A stretch of 64,000 nt of DNA from assembly GCA_036172245.1 (NCBI GenBank), contig JAYWIR010000007.1, positions 5,208,001 through 5,272,000 of the forward strand. Reading direction: 5' to 3'. Numbering within the stretch: position 1 is the stretch's first letter; each line of letters starts with the position of its first letter. The notes below the pieces were generated by a model. That model saw only the letters and a program-made list of their open reading frames with translations. It ran no database searches and had not been told where the DNA came from. A program made the translations under genes and the position numbers. This DNA is from Raillietiella orientalis (taxonomy: Eukaryota). Of this stretch, positions 36,101-51,100 are shown in pieces.

Positions 36101-39100
36101 TGTTACAGACTTCATGATGGACTGGCACAAACTGAACGGAGTGAATTTCAGTTGAGTTATTGGGACGTCAGCGAGAGAGCGTTACGCGGTTGATGGTCAA
36201 AATCGACTATACCTGGAATGAAGCTGCTCGTATCGACTATTGATTGAATCCATAGATTTCTTGATTTTGGATGAGTCATCGTGTTGGTAGATGGCCATCA
36301 GCTTATGAGTAAACTGAGTAAACAAGCTGATGTTGTACTTCTTCTGATGAAGGGTAGCTTGAAATTCCTGTCAAAGACACACCACATTACAATCTTTGAG
36401 GATTACTTCGTTCGTCAGTTTTGTATGTTATGGTACACCCCAAAGATGAAGAAACACGAGAAATCTGAGACGAGAAGCGAACAGGCAAACGGGGAAACGA
36501 AAACATGAGTTGAAGGGACCAGGCTGGCACAGGGCATCTATTTGAAGATGAGAGATTCGTTACCGAAGAGATTCCTTATTTCCAAGGAAAGTTTGGAAAA
36601 ATTCCTTCCGGGTCAAAGAAAACGCAGAGTCGGTCAGTTCATCATTTCTGTTCGCTTTGAAAAAGACGGATCTGTACAAACAGCGGCCGGATGACGCAAG
36701 CAGGAGTGCACGCATTCAGCTGCTGTAACGAAACCATCACGCAAACGACAGTGTACAGTTGCCTCCCACAACAAAAGCAACGATCCCAACGCCCAAAACA
36801 CTTCCGGGCGCCATCGCAAGACGGCGGTGGCATCACGGAGCACGGCCGGAGAACTCGAATTCGCTCGTGCCGAGCGATCTCCTGCATGTTTATCTCCCTG
36901 CTTACAGGAAAAGAATTGTATTTTTGGGCTTCGGATCGGATGGGAAAAACCACACGCCCTTACGCAAGTAACAGATCTGTACGGGGCTTCAAGACAAGGT
37001 ATGATAAAGAAAACTAATGGCAACGAAAGCATGTAAACACGTCCTTCCGGTGAGGAGAAATTCAAGCTCTCGGGTCACTCCTTCGAACAAACAACCGGCG
37101 ACCTATACGAAGACACATCTCCATATGAAGATGGGCCGTTACCAATTAAACGTGCAGTGCAACAACATTAACAGTGGAGATACGTACATCGAGTCCTGAT
37201 AAGTGGAGTCCTTTCTGGGTTCTTTTGCGCTCCTCTTCTCTGGCAGAGAGGGGGGGAAAGAAAAGAGATTAAGGAAGACCATGGCTACCGCAACGGATAA
37301 TGAGCTAGTCATGGGAAACCTCATCGCGGAACAGAGGCGGGACTTCCGTGTTCGTAGAACCACAGCAGCGAGAAGCGAGGATGCATAAAACTGAAGTTCC
37401 TGGATCCACCGAATACAAGCAGCCAGCGTACCCCATTTCTTACTTCTTTAAAGATTCACTTACAGCACATATGGAATAATCGAATATGCCAATATCAGGT
37501 GCACGCATGTACAGTAAGCCCCGTAAAGAGGAGGATACACCCAATACCATACAGGCTTTAGACGGGTTACACATGAATGAAAGATGACCATATGATGGAA
37601 TTTATAAGAGACACAGAAAATGCATCTTAAGCATCACAGTAATGGGCTAAGATTTCGGTGAAAAGCAGAAGCAGAAAAGTGAAACTATCTATTTATTGTT
37701 CACTTTGAAGTATTGATGAAGGGGGGGGGGAGGAAGACCCTTGTGGAGTGTTGCTAACATTTAATCAGTTCTGTAGCGCGAGTTCCACAGTTCTAGTTTT
37801 CGAAATGTGTACCTTCTTGCACGATTTCACTCACAAAAATGTGAAGAAGAAAAAAAAAAAAGAAAAGAATTCAATCCATCGAAATCGCGAACAGAAACAG
37901 ACGAACTGACACTGTGCCTCCAAATCGAAACTTATCCATAGCGTCGTACGGGACTGATTGACCGCGGTGTACGAGGTGTCACCACTTTGTCATCGAGCTA
38001 AACCAATCGCCGTTATACGGGAGTCTCACTGTATAGGCACACATAAATACACACTGTGCATACAATACAGCCAAATACGAAACAGAAGTAGTATACAGTC
38101 AACACCAGAGTCTTTGCATGGAACTGGGTACCAACGTTCCCCACCGAGACTCCGGGAAGCTGCAACGCAACCCGCGTAGGAATCGCTCAAGCTATCCCCG
38201 CCAGTCACCAGGAACAACGGGCGATTCTTTACACGACTGCGCAACGATGCACACTGTGGTGGACCAGAACACCCAATCACCCGAATCACCAGATGATTTC
38301 TTACGAACGACGATCACTACCTCCTTCGACTGGTCGTTAAGATACCCAAGTCGCGCGCTCGGGGGCACACGAACAGCTGACGTGGTGCTCACTGTTGGAG
38401 ACGAAAACCTCAGAACGTTCCAGGAGAGAAGCGGGAACGGGTTACGGAAGCCAAATGACACAGGGAAGCGAGTCCTTGGTCTGCCCGGCCTCGCCGGGGA
38501 TGTTTACAGGAGAGATGGTGGTGATGGAGCTCCCCCGTGGAAGCGGGTGCTTTCGCCCACAGTCTGGGGGATGCAGGGCGGTTCGGGAAGGTGGCTTCCT
38601 ACGCCGTGTCAACGAGCGTCTGCCTGCTCGAGCTGCAGTCTTGCGCTGGGCTGAAAACGCTGGTCTCCTTCCACCGCGAAACCAGGAGCACACACGGAAA
38701 CACAAGAACTGCCTGTATCTGTCACGCAGCACCTCGCGGCCTGCGGGCTAAAAGAGACCGGAGCATCATCCGAAAGCAGAGACGGCTTCGCGAAGGTGCC
38801 GCAAGCAGGCAGTCCAGGCGCATAACGCACAGGGTGTTCGCTCCCTTCTTGTGCACAAGGAACACGTCGGCTTCCTCGACAGTTTCGCTTTTGCACGTCC
38901 TTCCGGGGCGCTGAATCGTTAGGGTGGGCGAGTCCCGAGAGCAGCGGATGTTTGCGCACGTGCACGGAGAGCTAGCTCGTCGCACGCGCGTGGAGGGCAG
39001 GAAGAGGTCCAGCACACCGCACGCGAACACGTTGGAGCACACTTCGGGAAGCCTGTAGAGTTGGCGCGGAGAAACGGGACGGCGAAAACTCCCGGGCAAA

Positions 39101-42100
39101 CAGATGAGGAAGCACGAGAGAGAGCGAGGTGTGAGGGGAGAAGCACGCAGGTAGGCACGAGGGACGCGTTCCAGTCGGCAACAACACGATCTCGTGGCCG
39201 TAGGGGATCTCGTGGCCAAAAGGGAACCACGCGCGCGCGCTGGTGAAACCCGCCTCCACTCACCTTTTGTTCTTTGACCTGACTCTCGAGAGCTTCGCAG
39301 TCGCTGGCTGAGCCTAAGCAGGTCAGTCGGTACTCCATGCAAGACAGCCAGTGCTCAATGTCTTTCCGCTTCTCGTCCCATTCCTTGCTGTCCAGCAGCA
39401 TGGCTTCCAGCTCTGCTTTCCTTCGCAGGACAACGGAATTTGTTTCTTGCCAATGATCTCTCAGCTTCGCAACTGAAACGCACGGAGCACACATGAGCAA
39501 TCAGACATGTAAACTTCACAAATACGCGCCATGTGTACACTCGCATACAAGTACCAAAGGGACTCGGGGCAAATCCAACTTTCAATCTGGAAACCGAAGA
39601 AGAAGAGGAATATTTCCTCTTCTGACTCACCTTTCGCATGCAATTCCTGACGCGTGGACTCCGACTTCAAGTTCTCTGCAGTGCTGAGTAACTCGTCAAG
39701 CTGAGGCTTCTTGTCCTCTAACTCTTTTAGGACGTTCTAACACAAGGAAACACTCCAATAAGTCACAAGACATAGAAGGAACATGACGAGGAAAAGTTTC
39801 GCGACACTCGAGACGTCAGGTCACAGTCGGATAATGTGGGCTTAGGAGAGTAAGAAGAACGCTTGCAGGTAAAATGAGTGCGAGTGCCAGAAACGTGACC
39901 TTCCGCAGGGGTTACTCGATTGATGACGGAATCGTTGCGAGCGAACAAATATGTAGGAGAACCGTCATCCCAACGCACCGTGGAAGATTCTGCATTCCGA
40001 AAGACTCCTGGGACCACGGGGAACGAGCAACCACGACATTCGGTGAACTGCAGGTGTCGGAGGACGCACGCTCTCGTATGTCCTTGCATGTCGAGCCGCA
40101 CGGCGGCCGCCAGCAGAGACAGGCTCATCGGCGTGCACCACCACAACGTAAGATGCGTCGAGACATCCCTACCCTCGAAACGGTCCGCCGATGCTGCCGA
40201 CTGTGCCTGGATCCCGTAGAAAGGAATCGCAGCTGTCGTTCGCATCAGCCGAAGATGAAACGGAGGCAAGGGGCACATTCCATGCCACACCGTACGTGGA
40301 CTCCATGCAAAGACTGGCGACAGAGCAGGCGGCCTCAGGACTACGAACGATCACAAGAACCGACAATTTCCCACGTTCGCACGTGGGCTACTGTTAAGGG
40401 GGCACCCGGATGCGAGCACACAGAATGTGCTTCAGGCGTTTCGAGGAGCGAAAGCCAGGTGACGAAGGGAGCATTCGGAAACCTCGAGGTTCACATTTGG
40501 GGAATATTGGATGCACCAATGACCTGAAAGAACGCGCGGAAATCGCTCTTCAGCTTCCACATGCGTCCCATCGAAAAATGGAGACCTCGGATCTGCAACA
40601 CTTCGCAGACGGGGCGGAGTCGTGGAGAAGTCTCATTCGTAGATGGTGCGCGGCGATTGGACGCATGCCATTTCCGAACGCATTCCGAATTCGCAAATCT
40701 CCCCATTTCAGCGTAGGGACAGCATCGCCCCATCGAGCCCAAGTTTGAAATCTACTCCATTTGCGACGGAGCTAAATCAAAGAGTAGTTTCCTCCCCGTG
40801 TCATACACCAACAAAATTTAGTCTTCCGGTGAAAACTGCCTTCGGCGGCTCAACCGTTACTCATCCCCTCATCCCTTCTCCCCACATTGGCTAGCACTCC
40901 CTATTCGTTACACCCTTTCGAAAATTCCTGTTTCCCCTCCCTTTTTCAGTAGCCTTTTTCACTCTTCACAGCCTATCTTCAGACTGCTCTGCTTTACAGG
41001 TTATTCGAAAATTGGAAAGTGCCCAACTGGAGGTTCCACTGGCGACAATATCCACGTGACCGATAACGACCTGCTTTCAAAGACCTACAGAAACGGATGC
41101 GACGGTTTTTTGCTAAGCCCGGCTTATCGAAACGAACTGCTCCGTCTTCTGCTGACAAACTGTCAGATCAAATAAGATCTCTTGACTGTGCCGAGTATGA
41201 AAAGCGCGAGAGAGAAAACCACCCACACAACACGATGACATCCAAGGGAGTCCTTAAACCAGTTCGGGGTTACATCCATACTCCTCCTTACTGGTTCGTT
41301 TCTGTTCCTACCTTTGCAAGCACGCGAACGAATCCGCTAGTTTGGGTCCGCCTGAGTAGAGAGATGACCCGGCATCGCAGCGCGCAGCGACGGTCAAGCT
41401 GCCCAACCGCATGCGACGACCGAAAAAACGACGTGCCTGTCTGCCGTGGCACTGCTCTCCTTCCTAGATCACAGAGTCCGGACATTTGCAAGAGGTCTGC
41501 ATCGCGCTTCTTGAGCAAGAAAAACGGTCGACAAGGCAACGCGCAGAAAGAAATGTGCGGCCAAGAATTCACACTCGGGTAAGGAGATACGAAGGCGGCC
41601 GGACGTTTCGGATGATTTCGCACATGAAATCGAGGAGAGCTAATGAATGTCGAAGTGCCCGCAGGATTACATCTGCACCGACGACCACCTCAAGGATGGA
41701 AGACTTCACTGAGATGCGCGCCTTTCGCCGTGGCGCAGGCCAGGGGGAACAGCACACCAAACGATCGAAAAAAATTCGTGACGCTGACGCTGTTTTTAAA
41801 GAAGAAGAAAGCAGACAAGGAGACTGCCGGTATGCAAGAGGATGGCGAGACGAGCTCAGTTTGCAGCTGATAGCGGCCTTCGGCAAAAGAATCTTCGCCT
41901 CTTCAAGATTTCGCGAGCGCCGCAAGTTCCCGAAGGAGAACTGGAAAGGAACTCACCCGAAGGGGAACAAAGCGGTGTGCGTGCTCCAAGCAGCGCAAAC
42001 ATCGCTTCGACCTATTTGCGCCCACTTCAAGCAATGGCGCCTACATGTCTTACGGAGGACGGGACCCTGCCTCGCCCTTCCACCTCAAGCAGCCCGCCTA

Positions 42101-45100
42101 CTAAATTTTGGGGGTAAACTCTTGGAAGCGCGAGGGCGGCGTGCCTCGAAACAAAAAGACTGGCGCATCTCATGAGCACTGAGAATGTCCAAACATGAAG
42201 GGGAGGGAGAAGGGGCGCTCTATTTTGTCCTGACCCTCTCTCCGACTGTAACAAGAAAGGCTTCTTTGGGCGCAACGACATCGGAAACCTACGATAGCAA
42301 TACAAAGAGAAAAGGAAAAAAAAAAAAAAGGAGGGGGGAGCTGCGCTCATTATTAATGATTCGAATCATCGTTGTGCAGGAAAGAACTAGCAAAACGTCG
42401 AGCGTCTCTAAAGCGTTTCATAGAAAACCTGCAGAGTATGACGTAGTTAGAAAAAATAAGGGCAAGGTTGGGCAACTGGGTAGCCCGCTGCTCTCCGTGA
42501 CGACAGAAAGATAGCCCACCGATGCTGCAGAAAGCAGGCTGGAAACCCACCTACAACAGCGCACCCTTGTAGGCCGCTGAGGCAAAGCAGAGATTTCATC
42601 ATCGTCTATCTCCTGGACGGCTGACGATGTTAACTAAACGCACTAAACCAGTGGGCGACGCACCCCCCCATGTGATGTGTTAACTGAGCCTGCCTTCTGG
42701 GAACGGTCTATTAGAGGTGAGCAATGGAGTTTCCAGCACAAATCGAAAAGTCATCATCCAAAAACGCAGAAAAGAGATGCATGAGAATCAAACAGAAGAG
42801 ACGAAACCATCAAGGGGAAAAACTACTCCAGGAAACGTCCGTGGATGGGGGGGGGGGGACGAACAGCACCCTTTCCGCGGTCCCAATGCACGTACCCACC
42901 GAAGGCTCGATTGTGTCTGGGGATTCCAGTACAAGTACAGAACCAATCCCTGTGCCAAAGGACTTTCGTCGTGGATCCCCGAGATGTTGCAGAGAAAGTC
43001 AAGGGGGATATGACCGCCTGACAGCAGCCACACCACGGAGCAAGGTCGCAAACGGAAGTCGACCGACCTTCCAGCTAATTGATCGCAACGGAAGCTCGAC
43101 TGCTGCACGCCAACCGGGAGGAAGACGAGCTTTCGACGGCAGCGAAAGCGGCTGCAGAGGTGCCACACCGGAGAACACCTGCGGTCAGCCGCATCCTTCG
43201 GTGTGTAGGCGGTGGCTGCGAATCAGCGGGAGCAGAGCTCTCCGCAGCCACCAGGAGAGGGGGCTTGACCGCCTCGCGACAGCCCCCTCTACGCATGCTC
43301 TCGCCCCACCGAGGAGCCCACGAGCGTCGGGACTTTTCGAGAATGTTAAGGGAAGCCCTGGAGGTGGGTGCCATCCGTTCGAACGAGAGTCGGACCTTCG
43401 CGCAGGTGAACGCTGACATCGTCGCTGACGAGAGCGTCCACTGCGACCGAGAGACCCATAACCCACTGTGCCACCTATGAAAGCGGCGCGAGAACAGAGA
43501 CTGGTAAAAAAAAAGCAGCCTCCGCCGCAGAGCGCGTTCTTCTTGAGTAGGGGGATGCGAGGAGATGATGCAGTGGCTGCTGACGGTACCTCCCACGACA
43601 AAAACGAAGATGAGAGAGAGCAAAACCTTTCTATTTCTTATTTTTACGGTTTGATACCCTGGAAGCTGTGCATAGGGGTGAGTCATCAGAAGGTAGGATT
43701 GCAGCAAGCATCTTATCCAGTCGCGCGCTCTGGACCAGTATCAACAGCAGCACCACGCGCAAGCGCGTCGCCGCGCTGCGAAGCAACGGCGACGGAAACG
43801 CGCTTCGGTACTGACACGAAGAAGATTCATTCCAAACTAGAACGCTGGAACAGTCACACTAAAGGCTCTTCCATATGCATCAGACAGATATTTGTCTACG
43901 CTAGTCGACCAAGATGAGTCGAAGGTCCGCAAGGCATTGATTATGACGCTCAAGACAGGTCACTGTTCCTGCCGTGCCTCAGAATGCAAAGGGTTACGGG
44001 GTGCTAACCGACGTGCAATAACAAAATGCCTCTGTGTCAGTCTGAGAGATCGAATCGCGGAGCACACCTGTGAGGAAGTATCTGAAACGCAACACAAGTA
44101 CAATATGAATACAGGCACCGAACAGGACGTGGGTTCTCCCCGAACTCTCTCCTCTTCCACTAGAAAAAGGGATGCGAAAATAATGGGCAACAGCCTCGAC
44201 GCCAGGCGATTTTCAGGTTCTGGAATCTTCCAAGTCACCAAAAACAGTGGTCCTGAAGGGATGGGCAAAACCTTTCCTCTGTGATGGGTCTTCCGCAGAT
44301 GACAGACGAAAGTGAAAGCAACGTGAAATGCAATACAGTACAAAAAAGGACATTTGTCACATATCACTGGCCCCTTCCAGAGCACTGCACGGGGATATGA
44401 ATATTAAGTGCGTACTTAAAAGCTGACAAACAAACAAATAGACGGAACCCGATCAAGCAGCCCAAGGAAGTTTTGTGAACTCTTATTGTGAACACTTGGA
44501 GCTGATGCCACTTGACGAATCGGCAAGCAGCTTACCTGAGAGGTTGGGGGGTGGAGGGGGCTGCGCGTTACGGAAAAGGGATGGATAGGCGGGGATGAGG
44601 TAAGAGATGAACGTTATCGGGTAATGGGATTTGAGAGGGCCGATCACTGCCTACAGCTTCAAAACCCCGGCAACTTCAATCGACGGCGCGAAACACATCA
44701 CGTCACTCCGCACTATGCGCTGCAAAATGACGAACACACGTCAGCTGGCAGGGAGAACTCGCGAAAAATCGATCGCAGCATCACCGGATCTTTGCTTCCC
44801 GGCTCGGCGTAGCCCCGCAGGCCGACTGCCTCCGTTCGGAACTTCGGGTCGGACAATGACCGCACGGACGTCCGACTGCTGCAATGAAGCGCTCGAGGAG
44901 CACGAACTGCCTCGACCCCTGCACCCCCTGCTCCGCGGGCGCGACGCGCGCGTCCCTTTCCAAGGAGACCAACACCATCGTCCAAAAGCGGTGTTCCCTT
45001 CGCAAGGGAAGCTGAGGTCCTCGTTCTAAATCATTCCGCCACCTCTGCGGGGAGAGAACGCACACGAAGCCACGGAGCACCAGGAGGAGAGGCACACCAG

Positions 45101-48100
45101 AGAGCCCAGATCGCAGCGAAAAATACAAGGAAAGAAAGATGGGGTGAGATGGGTTTGAGGGAAACTGAAACCGCAACGCCCTCGAACCTGGATCCACCTC
45201 CACCAGTGTCAGCGGGCTATTCTCCAAATTGCCCACGGCCAAAAAAAAGTGATGGACAAAGACGCGGAACTCACGAACGACGTTCGGAAGCAACAAATCG
45301 CAGGCGGGGGTTCCGATGGAAGTGTGACGTAATTAAATAAATTCCGTGCCCATAATCTTCGAGACGGTCTTCCTCCGGGAGTTAAAAGCTGGAATGAACT
45401 TGGATCCGCGTTCCGGAGATACGCCACGGTTTACGAGTCTCTCATCCTCACGAGTCTTCTCCAGCTTTCCTCAGCACGATGAAATGCTCGTTTACTCGGT
45501 TTTCTCAAAGACTGAAATGCTTGAAGGCGAAAGGGAAAGTGTACTCGCCGCAGATATCTGTACACTTTGACGCTAGCCAAAAGGCCGAGAAGCGATATCT
45601 GCACATTTTTCTATGCCTCCGGAGCAGTAATCAGAATACAAATTTCATCGAAAAGAATAACGAGCTGCCGACCTCAGGCGACGCGCGATTTATAAGAGGT
45701 TGCAGGGCGGAAGAAGTAAATTGCTTGCGATGCTGTGACGGAAAATATCCTAAGGAAGCAGTCATTAGCAAAGCAACGACGTCAATGGAAATCCTTGGAA
45801 CACGTAGATCTCCCCACAGTGGAGCAATCCTGGCGCTTCGTCCGTTACTTGCCAGGACAGTGGTCAGCCACCTCAGGGAGGAGGAAGGCCCTGAGAAAAA
45901 ATGGCAAAAGGCAACTTCGTATGCGCTACTAATGGAGCCGACTTTCCTTTCAAATGGGACGGCAGGGTCTTCAAAAGAACACTTCCGCTGCTGCCGTGCA
46001 TCGCAAGTGTTATTCTGAAGATGCAAATCGAATTCATGTTCGGTGCTTCGAAACGCACGGGAAAACAGGAAGCAGAACCATGCCGAAGATAAAGACAGCC
46101 ATGAAATTCCTCTTGGGAAAAAAAATAAATAAATAAATAAAACGCGAGATGGAAGAATAACAGGAACCGTTTCGGCAGGATAGAACGTCCGGGAATACGC
46201 GTACGACGCCTGAGCGGGGAGCTAGGCGTTAATAACCTTCGTTCCTGGAATGAAACCAAAGTGTACGGCAGGCGCAATAACAGGGTGCAATGTAAACTTG
46301 GGATATGCAGCCTGACGTTTCATGAGAGATTACAGGGACGCTCTAAAGCAACGAAATGGAAAATATACCCTCGCGAGCTACTGCAGATGACAACGGGAAT
46401 TTCCTTTTTTTTTTTTTTTTGGGTTTTACACCGGGCAGATGAACAAACGTGTCTGCAATTCTGCTTTTGCAAAAACACACACACACAAAAATGCACACTT
46501 TGAAGACACTCCTTGAACGCCTCAAGGTGGCGTTGGTTTGATTACGTTTACGGGAAACCGCCTTTTGCAGGGACTCGGCGCACGTTGGTTCGCGCCCTCG
46601 ATATTTCTTTAAGGAATTCGGAAGTGCTAAACAAAAAGCTTACCTTCTGCACGTCCAAATTATGAATAATACTTTTCAGGTCGCCAAGGATGGCACGCTG
46701 CTGTTTCAACATCTCTTGCAATTGCCTCAGCCACTCCAAACTCTGAAAAGCAATGTCGTTTATCCTACAAAGACATCGAAATCCAGAGCACGTACCCCGA
46801 ATCCCTGTTAAGCACATGCGGTTAAAAAACAAAAAACAAAAACAAACTTTCATACTCTGGAAAATGGGGAAATACTTGGCAACACGGAGGAGTACTCACT
46901 CGTCCAGCCCAAGATTCGCAGCCACAACGTCAAGAACCTCAACGACAACATCTTTTCATTCGTTTATTTAATCTATTTATTCCTGCTTCGATCCAACCAA
47001 TGCCAACGCGATTCCCGTACAAAAGCGAGGCGCTGAAGATGCTTTACCACCAGCAACATCGCGCCCAAACGGATCAAACGGCAAAGACAGCAGCAGCAGC
47101 CCACAGACGTTCAACCACAGCACGGGTGGGAAGCACACGGCTAAGAGCACACGGAGGAGACTTCGGGAACCAATGAAACGAAAACTGAAGCATCTCAGAC
47201 GGTAAAACGCTTCCCGGCTGCACTCGATTATAGGCAGCACTGATCTATTGATGCCATTAAATCTCAATTCTGTGCGGGACTTCCGGAAGTGGGAATTCGG
47301 TCCAATCGTTCTCATTCTGTAAGCATCTTCAGGGTGGGATTTTCTCCGAAGCATGGCGGAAAAGGTCCCGAGAACCACGGATATATCTGATTTCCACACA
47401 GATCACATCTGCCACTACCGCGCCACAAACACAACGTCACACGACGGTAACGGAACGCCTCCATTCATTCACGGCACTGCCGACCGGGGACGGCGCACCT
47501 GGTGGCAAGGCGTCAGCTGCTTGCTGGTGCAAACCCCTCGTTTGTCCTGGTGCACGGTTTCGGTCGGAAGGTGCTCCCCGCTGCACACACGGCGACACGC
47601 CGAACAGGTCCGACGCTTACGTGTGTTTTTTCATGCCTCAGCGCAGAGTAACCTTTCGTGACCACGTTCCGTGCAACAAGGGATGCGCATCGCGATCCTG
47701 AACAAGCCGGAACGCAAACCGGACAAGAACGTGTGCTTCCGGTGTTCCCAATCAACCCCCCTCCTCCCGGTCCCCTTGAAATCCACGCTGCACGAAGTTT
47801 CGCTGATGGGAGAGGCTGCGGCAAGCGCGGAGGCGTCGCTGGACCGTCACGCGGCTGGACTCGTGCAAAGCGCGCAGGACCATCCTGGAAAGAGTCTCCT
47901 CGCAGCAAGGGGTGCCGACGGCCTCTGACCGATTCGCGAAACAACGCGACCGACCGTGAGGCGTGGACCGCATATCGGCCGCCCGAAGAGCCGTGCGCGA
48001 ATCGACCAAGCTGGAGACACCCGTGGGCCCAACGCCTTGCCCGAACGCACGCAGGGGTCACCCAAAGCATCCTGAACTTGTGATCGATGCCCTTCTCGAC

Positions 48101-51100
48101 CTAATGGAGAACCAGGGAAGGTGCAGGAAGCGCAATGGCGCCGACCATAGGATTCGTGTTCCGGGCAGGCCCTCCTCGCACGAAAGAAGAATTACGCCAG
48201 AGTGCTTCTTTCCTAATGTCGCGCCCGACAAGCAACTGTACTTGCGTGTTTTTTTTTTTCTTCTTCTTCTTCTGTTCGTATCACCTGACTAACAAACACG
48301 AATCAACGGTGGTCACATAACTGCTGCAGCGTGTGCACCAGCGCGTACTTCAAAAGAAAAGCTTGCTCTTCTGCATTCTCGTCCTCCAGTTATTGATTTC
48401 CTTTATCAGCCTTTTTGTGTCGCTGTGTCTTTTGATCTATTTTCCTGCTGTCTTGTGATCTATTTTCCTGCGACGGCGAAAGCGGCGTTGATATTGCGAA
48501 ATTAATCTACTAACCCCATCTTAAAGGAAAAAAAAAAAAAAAGGAAGGATGGAATGGGGGAGGAGGAGGAACGGATAAATTGGACAGTCGCACGTATTCC
48601 TAAAATTCGACACAGGGCACGGGGGGAACACAGGATGAGTACACTGCGCACCACCGGTTGGCGAGCGAGCAACGTGCACGGCATAGCGCACCCTTGCGGC
48701 GGAGGTTCCGCGTCGTAGGCGCACCCGCAGTGAGGTGGCGCCGCGATGGTTCTTATGCCGGTTGTGGCGCAGAAGGCGATACCTCCCGAGTGGCAGCCCC
48801 GAGAACGAAGTCAAGGTCGTCTGCACGAGGAGACCTCGACCTGCGCGCGAACGCTCACTCGAGCACCTGGCTGAAACCACGCTGAGGAACGTCCCCCCCG
48901 GCAAACCAACGTTCGCGCGCTGTTCCTGGGGGAAAGGAGAGGATGAGGTTGGAGGATTAATGCCGCTGGAAGACGACGCACGCCGTCTGTCGCCCGCTCA
49001 CTCGCTGGGTTCAAAACGTCTCTTCGCGTTTCCGTCCTGAGCAGAACGGATGGAATCCACAGCATGCATTGAAAAGGGGAAGCTCTCTTCCCCGACTCCC
49101 CACGAGTAGGACGATGGAAATCCTTTTGGGTTCTTTTTCTTTCTTCGCTGTTATCCTTTCGGCTTTTTTTCTGGTTCTCTGAGTACCTCAAGGACCGTTG
49201 CGCCCCTAGCGGCGACTCACGCAGCTCTTTGATACCGTTCCACGCCACCCGTGGGTGCGTGTAACTCTTCAGGGTAGGGGGTCGGACCTCGGGAGAGGAC
49301 CACCTTATAAATCCAGGAAGGCGCTCCGGAGAAGGGAGTCCCGTGCACTAACGCCAGGGGAGGGATCTCCGAAGGGAAACCTCCACCCTGGTTGTCTCCG
49401 AAGGGAACCCCGATGGGAATCCCCTTCCTTATTCTCTCCGAAGCGAACCCGCAAGGAAACCGCTCCTCTTTGCTCCTCTGAAGAGAATCCCCAAGGGACG
49501 CTTCCGAATTTTCTCGGAAGCGCGCTCCCCGAAGGGAGCGGCGCGCTTCTTTGCGCTCTGGAGAGGCATCATCAATCCACCAGCTCTATGGTGCGAGACG
49601 GAGGGTCCATCCACGAAGGAGGAGGGGAAGGGAGATGGTCCCCTTTGCACAACCGCAGGGAGGAGGGACTCCTTGATTCTGTTTCCTGGGAGGACCCCGG
49701 AGGGTCGACTCTCGATCCCGGCCCCTCATCGTGGGCACACCAAATTGAACCGCGCTACCGGCGCCGCACCCAAATGAATAGAGGCCAACCGGCGTGGCAT
49801 CTAGCGGGAGAAACTCGAACCCACGGCGCACCCCCATCTCTCGGCGTCGATTCGTCCCAAGTATTCGAACCCGCGACGCTTGGTGGTGCCTCGCTCCGAA
49901 ACCCTGACCACATGGCTCCGGCGCGGGCAAGGGCAAGATTCCCCGAGTTCTCCCAGGATAGCAGAGGGGCAGCAACATCTGCTCGCGTTCTCGCGATTTC
50001 AGGCGGAGAGATGTAAAGGCCGAGCTGCATCCCTTGCCAGATGACACGCACACGCAAACACATACACACGATGCTGGAAACAATGCGTTCCAGAGATGGG
50101 TGCATCCGAGCGTGCTTCGAGTAGGGAACGGTTGGGAGACGCGGCCGTGTCAGGACCGTGTCGAGGAGGAAACGCGATCGCCTGTGAGGAGCGCGGAGAG
50201 GGCCGCTGCTCGCGAGTGCAGGCCGCAAGTCCGCTTGGGGGAGGGAGGAGGAGGAACCGGAACGATGGCGGTCGCGAACGGGCGAGCTCCTGGCAGATCA
50301 GAGGTTCGCACGAAGACCAGGAAGAGACCCAGAACGCTCTGGTCTTCGCGCCATCGGCAGCCACACATAGCAAGCGAACTCGGAACGAAGTCCAGACAGG
50401 ACGTCTCGGTCCAGCCGGAACGGGCGCACTTCCTGCGGGTCGGTTCCTTCTGCGAGAGAAGAGCGCGCCCGGAAGACGATCGCACGGCGCTCCGCAGGGC
50501 ACGGCAGCCCTCGGAAAGGACCTCAACCCGCAAGAAGAAGGGGCCCGATTCCGCCGACGGATCCTCCTCCACGGGTCCTCGCGCGTCTTCATCTCGGGGA
50601 AGACGGATCGCTCCGAGTGCGTACCAATTAGGCAGATCGCGAAAAAACCAGGCAAACGGTGGTCGAGAGAAGAGCAGATGCTGCGACGCTTTGTACGCCA
50701 TCTATTCATTTTAAAGCCGCCGCCGCGCGCGCGCGCACTCGCTGCTCACGCACGCAAAGGCACTCACTGATCACACACACACACACTCACGATGCATCCA
50801 TTCCCCCCATCGCCAGGTTCGCCTGCTTCCCCCCCCCCCCCCAATCGCAGCCATGCTCCAGGTTTAGCAGCCACTCGGAAATCTCATTTTGCAACTGCTG
50901 ATAACAGGACCGCCGAACACATGCACGAAGCGGGCAGGAGGTGTGTGTGTGTGGGGGGGGGGGGGAATCCAGTTCCCACGAAACGAGATGGACAAGAATC
51001 GGAAGGGGGAATAGGGTCTTTCTTACCTTGGTGACGTCTTTATCAGAGACGCTGGTTCGTGAAAGCGACTTGCTTCTTAAAGCGATGGGGCTGTCGCCGG

